A stretch of 63,067 nucleotides of DNA, the filler included, from Reclinomonas americana ATCC 50394 (lineage: Eukaryota): NCBI GenBank assembly GCA_048213135.1. It is 23 parts of 23 records of this genome, joined end to end, with 100 filler letters (N's around TTAATTAATTAA, not from the genome) between each part and the next. Parts side by side here need not be neighbours in the genome. Positions count along the whole stretch, not along the records: positions 20,316 to 22,177 come from AFZH01023280.1; positions 22,278 to 28,352 come from AFZH01023281.1; positions 28,453 to 30,801 come from AFZH01023282.1; positions 30,902 to 36,455 come from AFZH01023283.1; 19 more parts are not named here. One strand, given 5' to 3'. The translations under genes were made by a program, and so were the position numbers. This document shows, in pieces, positions 21,317 to 32,256 of this stretch. Each line of letters begins with the position of its first letter. Position 1 is the first letter of the stretch. The notes under the pieces were generated by a model, which ran no database searches, was not told the DNA's origin, and saw only the letters and a list, made by a program, of their open reading frames with translations.

Positions 21317-22030
21317 CTGCGAGAGTTCCCCGCTGAGACGATCGAGCAGGCTCTCGAGCGAGGCCTCGAACTCCTCGTCGCTGCGGTCCTCGCTCAGCAG
21401 GGGTCGCAGCCGCACGATCTGTGCGTCATCGTCCACGTCCTCCTGCCCGTCGCCCTCCGGGACGTCGGCGCCGCCCTCGTCGAGCGGCTCATCGAGCGGA
21501 CTGATCTCGGCGCCCCGCACAGCGGCCTCGAGCAGCAGCTGACCGAGGAGGAAGCTGCTGAAGGACCGATAGGTGTCGACGGCCTGCTGGTCGGAGAACC
21601 CCTGGTCGATCAGCGTGCTCAGGAACAGCTCGACCACCTCGACGCTGCGCAGCGGTGGCCGCAGCCACGGTGCCGCCGGGTGGCGCGTGGCGATGAGGGG
21701 GAACGCCCTCGGATGGTCGATCGCGATCTGCCGCACCCGATGTGCCACCGTCTGCAGGAAGCCCTGCCAGTGGTCGTTCAGCTCGTCATCGAGGCTCGCC
21801 GTGAGGTCGTCCATCAACAGGGCGACGACGCCCTCCAGCAGATCCTCTCGGCCGTGCACGTATCGGTACAGGGACATCGCCTCGACGCCCAGCTCCTGCG
21901 CCAGTGAGCGCATCGACAGGATCGACGCCCCGTCGCGGTCGATCTGCGCGAGAGCCGTCGTGACGATCAGATCCCGGTTGAGCCGCCCGGCCGACGATCG
22001 CCGCTTCGTGTCCTGTGAACGTTCCGGCAT
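21314..22030 (-). CDS. TetR/AcrR regulator with TetR_C-type C-terminal domain
   Basis: LSMRSLAQELGVEAMSLYRYVHGREDLL HTH; FEASLESLLDRL tail. Confidence 0.92.
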   Translation of the reverse strand: MPERSQDTKRRSSAGRLNRDLIVTTALAQIDRDGASILSMRSLAQELGVEAMSLYRYVHGREDLLEGVVALLMDDLTASLDDELNDHWQGFLQTVAHRVRQIAIDHPRAFPLIATRHPAAPWLRPPLRSVEVVELFLSTLIDQGFSDQQAVDTYRSFSSFLLGQLLLEAAVRGAEISPLDEPLDEGGADVPEGDGQEDVDDDAQIVRLRPLLSEDRSDEEFEASLESLLDRLSGELSQ

Positions 22031-22674
22031 GCGCCAACGCTACTCGCCTGAGCGCTCCTGGCGCTGTCTACCAGCAGTTCCGCGCCCCGGCAAGGGGGCG
22101 CGGGATTCGGCCGTCGATGCCGTAGAACAGCCTCATGCAGTTGATCATGTACGGCGGCGAAGAGTTCCTCACAGGCGNNNNNNNNNNNNNNNNNNNNNNN
22201 NNNNNNNNNNNNNNNNNNNNNTTAATTAATTAANNNNNNNNNNNNNNNNNNNNNNNNNNNNNNNNNNNNNNNNNNNNGAAGACAGACGCGGAAAATTCAG
22301 GCTTGCGGTCGTGACGTCGCACTTCCGCAGAGGCCGCGCTGCTCAGCTGCTGCGATACTGTAGTTGATGGTGTGTATGTGGAGATGCGTGACTGGAAGTC
22401 GTTCTTCGTTGGGCGAGGTATCTGTGAAGTCTCCGTTTACGTTGCGTGTTTGTCATGTCCCACCTGTTCTCGCTGTTGTTGCTGTGAGCAGGAGTGAGCT
22501 TGTGTTCTGTTTGTGTCAGTGTCATTCCCCACTGCGTCTGTGCAAAAGAGAGAAGGAGAGTGAGGTGCTGCATTTCTCCGCTTCTTATCGTGACAGAGAG
22601 AGAGAGAGAGAGTATCATTCCCCTGTGCTTCTGTCCGTGTGCTGTTGTTGTTCTTCTTGTTGTGACGCATCATC

Positions 22675-25600
22675 ATGGCGAGTGGGAGTGGAGTTCCGCG
22701 TGAGTTGCGTGTCTCTCTCATTGTGTTGTTGTCAGCTGCATCATCATCTTCATCGTTCTCACATTGTGTGTGATTCGCTCCCTGTCACTCTCTCCTCTCT
22801 CCTGTGCAGTCTTCATCGCGATACTGGTGATGAGGAATGCATGATTCGCCTTGCCAAGGCACTGTCTCGTCCATGCACCCGCGCTCTACAATCAAAACTT
22901 GAGCAAGTGCTGCCAGCGTTTCTCGATTCGTATCCCGGTGTGAATCATGTCGCCGAGTGGTGCAAGGCGCCGAGTGAGCGTGATGTGCGGTGAGTGTGCG
23001 GGGAGAGATGCAGAAGCACACAATGGCAAGATGCAGATGGTGAGAAGTGAATGAGAGAGGAAGAGAACAAGCAAGTGGCAGATGGTGATGCTCTGGTCAT
23101 CCCGTTTTCTACATTCTCGCAGTCTTCATTGTCTCACCACACACGACTCCACATTCTGTCTCTGATGAATGCCCTCTCTTTCTTGTCACACACATTCCTC
23201 ACTCACCAGCATCCTCTCTCTCTTTGTGCCTTTCCCTGCATGCAGCACCATGCCAGACGGAGTGGACTTGTGTGTCCAGTTAAACGAGAAGGAGCGGGAG
23301 ACGGTGCTTCAGTGGCGTCAACGAGGCCAGCTGCACGACTGCAGTGCGTTTGACGCGATGCTGTGCTGCTCGATCTTGCTGCTGGTCGGTCATCGAGAGC
23401 ACCCGAGAGACGAGCCGGATCGTCTGATTCCAGCTGGTGATGTGGTGAGTGTGTGCGAATGAGAAGGAGATGAGAAGGAGTGTGATCTCTCTCTCTCTCT
23501 GTTTGATTGTGTCTCTCAATCTCTCATTGTTACACAGCGCAATTCGATTGAGCGAATGAGGGAGGTGCTTGAGCAGACGAGTCCCGCACGAGCTCGTGCA
23601 CTCTTTGTGCCTCTGCTCGGTGGTGGAGGAGGAGGAGAGGGCGAGTTGCATCAGCTTGTGCGGCGACTACAGATTGGCAGGGATGTGGAGGAGGAGGTGG
23701 TGGTGCAGCTGAACGAGGCTCGTGATGGTGAGTGAGAGGAGAGAGATGGCTGATGATTCGATGGAAATGTGGAAGCTAATGCTGATTGGTGGTGTGTGAA
23801 TGCAGGTGCACTGAGTCAAGCAGACCAATCATTGCTGCTGGTACACGTGGAGCAAGTTGAGTGGATTTGCATACGAAAGCGGTGGCTTGCAGATTGCACA
23901 TTGATTCCCACATACGTGTCTATTGATCAGAGGCGGATGGAAATGCACGATCAAAGCGACCCGATGAGCATCTCGCCCTCTTCTCCCTCAGCTGCCGGTG
24001 TGTTCCGTGATAGGCCTGCAATGCATGTGCATTGCTGTGCATTCTCACCTTCCTTGGCCACACAGCTCCTGACAGCTGTCGCCCACCCAGCACACCGCTT
24101 ATCGCCCGCACCATCAATCCCGTGTCCACATTCCGCTTCCCGAGTCGTCGTGCACTGGCAGCTTCACTCGCCACGCGCATTGTGGATGCTGTGGAAGGTT
24201 GGATGTTCTTTCTCATTCTCCCTTCCTCCCTTCCTCACAATCGTGTGTCTCATCATCGTGCTGACTGTGGTGGATTATTCTCGCACAGCACACCATCCAA
24301 TCATGGTGGTGCTGACGGGCGATGGTGGCACTGGCAAGTCGTTCCTGGCCGAGTTGTTGGTGACCGAGTTGCTTGCCACTCGTCGGTGGAAGGGATCGGC
24401 CGTGTCGGTGGAGATGCGTGGCCATGTGGGTGATGCGAGGGAACATGTGAAGGTGTGCTGAGGGATCATTCATGTCGTCTTTTCATGAAGCATCATCTCC
24501 TTCTGCTGTCATTCTGACTCTCTCTCTCTCTCTCTCCATGCCACATGCTGCAGGCGGAGAGTGCTCTTGGCGAGTGTCTGCGTGCCTTCGTGACGGCACA
24601 GATGCGGGTGGATGAAGTCGAGGGACGCAGGATGGCCGGTCAAGTGAATGCGCTTCTGGCGAGTGGCGAGGTGGAACCAGCACGTCGACTGCTGCGACAG
24701 TTGATGCATGCCTCGAGTGGAGTGATGGTGCTGGACAATGTGGGATCAGCGGAGGAAGTGAGGAGTATTGTTCAGTGTGCTGATGAGGGTGCGTTTGCCA
24801 TGAGAGAGAATTCTCTTTCTTGCTTGGTTGTTGTATGCTGACTTGATGTGCATCATGCGCGTGTATATTGTGTGCAGATGGGATGGTGGCACCGATTGTG
24901 GTGGTGACGAGTCGATATGGACAAGTGGCGGATGAGATTCGTGACTCGATGATGCACGAGGCGGAGGTGGAGTGTGTGCGAGTGGAGAATGTGGAGAATG
25001 AGGATATTGTGCAACTGGTGGAGGATCGGCTTCGCGACGTTGTGTCGGTGGATGTGCGACGACGGATTGTGGAGGCCCTGGAGAGTGGACAGCGGGAGAA
25101 GAGTGCACTGCGAGTGAGTGCGTGTGTTGGGTGAGTGAGAATGAGTGAGTGAGTTGTGTGGTGTGAGATGACTCACTCTTCTCTCTCTTCTTCTTCATGC
25201 AGCTGGCTGCTGTCACAATCGCCAGCACAGCTGGTGGGGGCGCGACTGGAGGAGGTACTGAGTGGCATTGGTGGTGATGCACTTTCGCAGCTGCTGGAAC
25301 GCAATGTGATGTCGCAGACAGCAGCAGCACGTCGTCTGTTGGTGCTGATCACGGCATGCAAGGAACTCGGCCTGCCAGTGACAGTGGCACTCGCACGAGT
25401 GGCTCTCGGCGTGCTACGAGTGATTCCCGATATGACGATGGATGTGGGTGGTTGTGATGAAGATGAGGAGGCGGCAAGTCGGCTGGTGGAGTTGAGTCAG
25501 TGTGTGCGTCGACTGCGATTGCATGGGCTGGCACAGGAGAGGCGACGACGTGCACCTGAGATGGTTGGTGAGCGACTGCAGTTTGACGAGATGAGTGAGG

Positions 25601-27033
25601 AGGAGGAGCTTCGGGTGCGTGCTCGGCGTGATGAGTTGGTGATTGGTGGTGGTGGTGACGAAAGAGTGGAGGATGTGCTAGAGGGTCTGTGCTTGTCGAA
25701 TTTGGTGACGGTGGGTGTCAGTGGCGGCATGGACAGTGTGGCTCGTGTGTTGTGTGGTGAGCAGGTGAGGGAGAGCAATGTGGCGATGGAGTATCGAGTG
25801 CACGATGAGATTGCTGGGTGGATTATGGGACGGTGTGGAGATGCAGCATCACGGGTGCAGCGACTGATTATGCGACTTGTGTCTAGTGTGTTGAATGGCA
25901 TTGATTCACAGATGGACAGTGACGGTGTGTTGTTTGTGTCACGTGACTTGCTCGGTGTGTTACACAATGTGTGGCGACGGTTGGGAGACGATGACGGCAT
26001 GTGGGCGAGTGATTTAGTTGGTGTGGATGGACTTCTGGTGCAGTGTGGGGCGGTGGAGTGGATTGGTGAACAGTGTGACAGATTTCGTTTGCCGTCACGT
26101 GGATTTGACGAATCCGTCACCTCTTCACTTGTGCAACGCGTGACGGAACGTAAACATATTACATTGAGTCCACTGCGACCGCGGCTTGCCATTGTGGTGG
26201 CCAAGTGTCGAGCACAGTTGTTTGCTGTGCTTCGTCGGCCGTCTAGGCGCACAGCATCGTGGCAGAAGGCGTGGCATTTGTGCGAGGAGTGGGAGAGGGA
26301 TGGCAGTGACGAGAAGACAGTGTTGGATAGGATTGATATGCTTCGTTGCTTGATGTGGTACGCTTACGAATCATACCAGCTTCCATTGCTGGAGCAGTGC
26401 CATGAACGGCAGTGTGCGACACTTGGCGAGAGTCATCCAGATTCGCTGACGACGCTGTATTACCATGGACTCTACCTTTATAACCAGAGGCAACACGCCA
26501 GTGCTGAGGCGCTCTACCGTCGGTGCTGGGAGATATTCCGAATGGTTCTTGGAGCTGAACATCCAGACACGTTGGCGTCTATGAGCGAGGTCGCCAGATG
26601 CATTCAAGGTGACGATCGTCTGCATGAGAAGGTTCAGCTGGACCGAGATTGCTTGCAGCTGTCAAAAGCAGCGCTCGGAGATCGGCATCCTGACACTTTC
26701 ATGTCGATGCACAATCTCGCGTTTTCTCTCTACAAGCAAAACACCCCAGATTCGCTGGCAGAAGCTGCTGATTTATACCATGAGTGTTTGGAGGGACAGC
26801 GAGGTGCGTTGGATGACAAAAATGCAAGCATACTGACGACAGTACGGAACTACGGCAATCTGCTCATGAAGCTGGAACGATGGGTTGAATCCGAGGCCCT
26901 GCTGGTAAAGTGGGTCGAGGGTCGGCAAGCGATATTTGGTGGGGACGATCCGAGAACGGTGAGGGCCGTGGCTGCATTGGCTGAGTGCAGGCGACGTGCA
27001 AGAGAGGCCGCCGGTGCTGTGAATGAACAGTAA
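22675..27033 (+). CDS. Eukaryotic NLR-like STAND NTPase (NB-ARC-like) with C-terminal 42-aa TPR repeats; about 11 exons
   Basis: Spliced frame gives Walker A VVLTGDGGTGKS (~24300-24340), Walker B VMVLDNV (~24720-24740) and IVVVTSR (~24895-24915). The terminal exon carries LGxxHPDTL-type TPRs. Confidence 0.8.
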
Positions 27034-27197
27034 AGCAAGCACGGAATATGTAAGAGGATTTCCTTGCCCGTTTCCTCCTCGACTTGTCGCGACTTGCATG
27101 CGTGTTCGATTCCAGTTTGTCCGCGAGCGAAAAAACTTTTCACCTGCTCGCAAGATATCTCTGCGCCAAAGTCGCTGCCTCCTTTGAACAACACAAC

Positions 27198-27903
27198 ATG
27201 TCCGTTCCACGCACCGTCGTTCTCATCAACGCCCTCGTGTCGTTGCGTGCAACTTCAATATTGTACATGCGCATGCGTGCAAGCAGGCGTCATGCTGACG
27301 TCGTCATGTACTCTTTGCGCGCTGCGCACACAGGCTTGTTTGTGGCCTGCAGCACATTTTCGTGCCAAAGATGGCACTCTCCGCCTTCTTCGGTGCGCTT
27401 CCTTTTCACGCCCTCAACAATTTCTCCGCACAGTGCACTGATGACGCATATATTTTTTTTGCAGGCGAGGGTGTCAGTGCGACTCCCGAGTTGCAGGATG
27501 TTGTTCAGGTCATGTACATGCGTTACAGCAGAGTAGCATGTTCGAGTTTTGTTTATGCTCCCTCATGCATGTGTGTGTTTTCGCCTGTATCTCCGCGTAG
27601 GTCCTCGGCGGGTTCCATTTGGTTGTCGCGCTTCTGCTCTACAAGTTGCGAGCTTGCGCAACAAGCACACATCTCCTTGCCCCCTGTGCTCATTGCGCCC
27701 GCAGGCTTCCGTCCAACAAGGACAGCTTCACCACCGCTGGTCTGTGCCTGCTGATTAGCGCCGCCGCGCAGCTCTTCGCCGCCGTGTCGAATGGCATTGG
27801 TGGCGCCATTTGCTACGGAGCGCTGCTCGCCCATGCCGCCTCAGGCGCCGTGGTGCTGGCCACTGCCGGCGACGACGGCAAGACCGAGGGCAAGTCGCGC
27901 TAA
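27198..27903 (+). CDS. Small 4-TM eukaryotic membrane protein (129 aa, 5 exons)
   Basis: Exons 27198-27241, 27334-27392, 27465-27508, 27601-27644, 27705-27903 splice in frame: MSVPRTVVLINALVSLVCGLQHIFVPKMALSAFFGEG...GKSR. Confidence 0.65.
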
Positions 27904-28044
27904 GACGACGACGGCCACCTCAGCGTCCCCCCATATGTGTGCTTCGATGGTTAAAATGAAGCTTCCACTGACCCCTTTCTTGGATCCAAAGGGTGCAATG
28001 GGAAGACGAGGGCAAACAAGAGTGACAAAGTTGCTTGACGGCCA

Positions 28045-28352
28045 GTGAGAGCAACACGCAAACTCGATAACAAGAGCAGTGTACAACACGGTGGCGGTTC
28101 TCTTCTCTCTCGCATCCTCCCTCACACTCTCCGTGTCTGCACGGCAACGTGGTACAAGAATGACAAGCTGGTCGACACCCTTGCGCCATCGGTGAGAGAG
28201 CAACACGCAAACTCGATAACAAGAGCAGTGTACAACACGGTGGCGGTTCTCTTCGCTCTCCCTCTCTCTTTCGCACCCTCCGTATCTGCACGGCATCGTG
28301 GTACAAGAATGAAGCTGGTCGACACCCTTGCGCCATCGGTGAGAGAGCAACA
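28045..28352. repeat. Tandem repeat, ~148-bp unit, two copies plus the start of a third at the contig end
   Basis: GCAACA(CGCAAACTCGATAAC) recurs at 28051, 28200 and 28347. Confidence 0.9.
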
Positions 28353-28452
28353 NNNNNNNNNNNNNNNNNNNNNNNNNNNNNNNNNNNNNNNNNNNNTTAA
28401 TTAATTAANNNNNNNNNNNNNNNNNNNNNNNNNNNNNNNNNNNNNNNNNNNN

Positions 28453-28502
<50 letters not shown>

Positions 28503-28878
28503 TGAGAGAAAAAGAAGAAGGGAGGAGAGAAAGAGCAAACGCACTGTCTCTCTCTTGTGTGTGTCTGTGTGTGAGTGCAGTGTGTGCAGTGTGTGAGACT
28601 GTGAGAAAGAGAGTGTGTTCTCCCTTCCTCACTCACACACTCGCTCACTCTCTCTCTCTCTCTTGTCTCTCTCTCTCTCTGTCTCTCACCTGCGATCATC
28701 GTGATCCCTGCGCGAAGGCGACTGTGATCTCCGCCTCTCTGCTGGTGGTGGTGGAGGAGGAGGAGAGGGAGACCGTGAATGCGGCATCTCTGACAGACAC
28801 ACTGGATTGACAAGAGTCCTGTTGGACAAGTCGCTCACTTGTGTCACGTCGAAGCTCGTTGGGATCGAGAGGAGGAGA

Positions 28879-29126
28879 AGTGGCGATCAATGGGCTGCGA
28901 AGTGCTTGTTGTTCACAGTCGCAGGTAACACAGCTCATACGCTGACTTCCACGGGTTGCAATTGCAATTACAGCTCGTGGAGGTGATCGCAGTGCACGTG
29001 CATACTGTGGTGGAGTGGCGATCAACGGGCTGCGAAGTGCTTCCTGTTCACAGTCGCAGGCAGCACAGCTCATACGCTGACTTTGACGAGTTGCAATTGC
29101 AATTACAGCTCGTGGAGTCGATCGCG
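28879..29126. repeat. Direct repeat, two ~112-bp copies, 135-bp period
   Basis: AGTGGCGATCAAyGGGCTGCGAAGTGCTT...TTGCAATTGCAATTACAGCTCGTGGAG at 28879 and 29014. Confidence 0.9.
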
Positions 29127-29519
29127 AAGTCGTGATCGAGAGACGGTGCAGCGAGTGGTTTTTGACAGTCTCAGCGAAGTATGCGTCGTCGATAGTGAGG
29201 TAGTTCCTGCCAGACTCAAGGAACTGGCAGCTCCTTCCTCCCCTCCCCCCAACTTGCACAGCGCAGTTGCAGCTCACCATGAGTCTGTTAGCCTGTGGAG
29301 GCAGGCAATTGAGGGGCAGGAGAAGTCGAAGTTCCAATTCTCTCCACGGAACTCGATTACTCTCCGCCACAGCATGAGTGGGATCGCGTGTCATGCGCTG
29401 TCAGAAAAGACAACGTGACCTGAGCCACGAATCGTCACCACATCGACAGCCAGCTCTCTATCCTTCTCTTCCCTCGCTCTTCTCTTCCCTCTCCTTTAGC
29501 AAAACACAAAAACTTCCAT

Positions 29520-30931
29520 TCATCGCGTCACTGTCGGTCTGCTGCTGCTGCTGCCGCTCGAGCTCCACGCAGCCGGGGCCAGTCGCTCACCGCCACTTCC
29601 TCCGCCACCACTACCACCATCACCACCACCACCTTTGCCACTATGGCTGCTGCTTCCTCCCACGAGCGGAGTATGAATGACGCGCTTCGTGGCGCGTCGT
29701 GCCGTCTCGTCGGCCGCCACCGCCGACAGAATGGCTTCGGTGATGCGTGCGGTCAGGCCCCACATGATCAGGTCGCCCGGCATGTGAAACACGGGCCCAG
29801 AGTACGTGTAGCGCGAGGTGGGAATGTCGAACTTGGATTCGTAGTTCTGCGCGGGAGAGGACGTCAGGCGATGGAGTGTGAAGAAGGAGGCATGAACAAC
29901 GCAACGTCCACCAAGTAGCGAACGGTGGGCAGAAGCACGGCGTCGATCTCGGCCTCTGTGGGGGGAAGGGGAGTGCGTAATGGGGAGGAGAGAGAGGGGT
30001 CTGCAAGGGTTGGAGCAGTGTGACATCCTCACAACACTGCAACGAGGACAACCGTGGCGCAACTCTATTGACAGGAACACAGAGAGATTGAGAGAGACAG
30101 AGAGAAGAGTGAGAGAGAGAGAGAGAAGGAGGAGGAGGAGGTGGAGGAGGAGGAGAAGAAGAAGTAGAAGAAGAAGGATGAGGACGAAGAGAAGAAGAAG
30201 AGGAGGAGGAGAAGAAGAAGAAGAACAACTTCAAGAAGAACAGAAGAAATAGGCAGAAGAAGAAGAAAAACGGAAGAAGAAGAAGAGGGAAAGAGTGAGT
30301 GTGAGTGCCAGCGAGCGAGAGAAATTCAGACTCTTGTGTACACTTGGGCCCAGTACGGATGAACGCAAGAGATAACGAGCGCGTCTGAGAGAGAAAACAA
30401 CAAACACTGGTGCTCAGCACAAAGAGAAAGGAAGAGAAAAGAATGTTCGTTTGAGAACAGTTGCTTTGTGCGCAAGGCGTCTGCACGGCGAGAAAGGAAG
30501 AGAAAAGAGTGTTCGTTTGAGAACAGTTGCGTTGTGCTCAAGGCGTCTGCACGGGGAGAAAGGAAGAGAAATGAGTGTTCGTTTGCATGCGAGAACAGCT
30601 GCTTTGTGCACAAGGCGTCTGCTTGAGAGAGCAGTTGCATTGGCATAAGGGGTCTGCATGGACGAAGCAGATAAAGTGTGCGAGTGAGAGAAACGAGAGA
30701 CAGAACAAAGCGCAGCGAGAGAACGAAAGAGAGACACAGCGTGAGAGGCAGAGAGAAGAAAGAGATCTTGAAGTGAACCGAGGCTTCTCCCTTCCCCCTC
30801 TNNNNNNNNNNNNNNNNNNNNNNNNNNNNNNNNNNNNNNNNNNNNTTAATTAATTAANNNNNNNNNNNNNNNNNNNNNNNNNNNNNNNNNNNNNNNNNNN
30901 NTCTCGTCTCTCTCTCCTCTCTCTCTCTCTC

Positions 30932-30974
<43 letters not shown>

Positions 30975-31479
30975 CAACGCAGTTGTCTTCCTTCATGTTG
31001 CTGCTGTCAGTCATTCAACAGACTCTTCCTCTCTGTCTCTCTATGTTTCTCTCTCTCTGCCTCAGTCTCTCTCAGTCTCACTCAGTCTCTCACAGTCTCA
31101 CTGAGTCTCTGTCTCACTCTCTCTCTCTCTCCCTTCTCCTCTCCCTCTCCTTCTCCTCTTCTCCTCCCCTTCTCCTCCCCTTCACCTCCCCTTCTCCTCC
31201 CCTTCTCCTACCAATCTCCCCCGCATGCAACCCTCCATTCCTCGCCGCCCGCCTGACCAGCAACAGTGCAGGCACCTCCGGATCACTCTCACTGCGATGA
31301 AACACCGCAAACACCGCACTGCCTCGCTGAGCAGCACCTCGCCCTCTGCTGCTTGTCGCCTGCGCAGCTGTTCTCTGCGAGTCCTCGCGCCACAGAGAGG
31401 TGCGCACAGAGGGCCATCGAATGCGACTGAGCGCGTGCGAGAGCTCAGTGAAGGAGAGCGAGCGCATGAGGCACTGCAT
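29520..31479 (-). CDS. Nudix hydrolase, CoA-pyrophosphatase (NUDT7/NUDT8) type; middle exon(s) lost in the gap; start uncertain
   Basis: SAVFAVF...LLLVRRAARNGGLHAGEI (to ~31212), then AEIDAVLLPTVRYLVD and MWGLTARITEAIL in the next contig. The Nudix box itself is not visible. Confidence 0.7.
30424..30622. repeat. Three tandem 66-bp repeats within a probable intron
   Basis: GAGAAAGGAAGAGAAA...GTTCGTTTG...CAAGGCGTCTGC at 30424, 30490 and 30556. Confidence 0.9.
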
Positions 31480-32256
31480 GGCCTCTCCGTCGCTGATGCA
31501 GCAGTCGAGAAATACTGGGAGGACAGACGTCTCGAGTGCTCCTCCTCGTGCAGCAGGTGCACGTACATGCAGAGCACTGCGTCGTGGAGGTTTCGAAGTT
31601 GGATACCAAGGAGCGCTCTGCTGCGTGTACATGTCGACGTCGTGATCGTGATACTGACATCGAATCGCGATCGATAACTCATTGCTTGGATTCTCCTGTC
31701 CGTCGCTCTCTTCCTCAAGCGCCGGAGAGAGCTACGCGGAGGAGAGCGAGTGGCACTGCATGGGTTCTCACTGTTGCAGCAGTCGATACTGGGAGGATCC
31801 GAACGCATTGGTGCTGGTCGTTCTTTCAGCGAATAGAGCAGCTGATGCATGTACAAGGTCCGCGCCATGCTGACGATGCAGCACCTGGATGTCGAGGTAC
31901 GGTACATGAGGCGATCGATCGCGCGGTTGCAGCTTGCGCAGGCTTCGCTTCTCCGGATTCTCACTGTCTCCCTCCACTGCTGGAGCGAGCAACACACAAG
32001 GCTCAGAAGGTGCTCTGCAGCAGACTATGGTGACAAGGATACTGTTGCGCTTTGGTCATCAAGACAGCTGTTGCTTGTTTGCTGGTGAATGAATTGTTGT
32101 TTGCTATTCTTCGGGAAACTGTTCTTGCCCCTCCCTCTCACTCCTCTCCTCTCCTCTCCCCCATTCGCTCCTTTCCCTCCCTCTCGCCGCACTTCTCTCC
32201 TCCCTCATCCCCTCCTTTCCCTTCGCTCCTTCTCTTTCCATCTTTTTCACTCCCAC

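Noticed and set aside
4482..22177. Bacteria-to-eukaryote horizontal transfer
   Set aside because: Bacterial genes keep operons, RBSs and operators and are never contiguous with intron-containing DNA.
28045..30622. CRISPR array in the 148-, 135- and 66-bp repeats
   Set aside because: Units are long tandem copies without unique spacers of regular length, in eukaryotic DNA with no cas genes.
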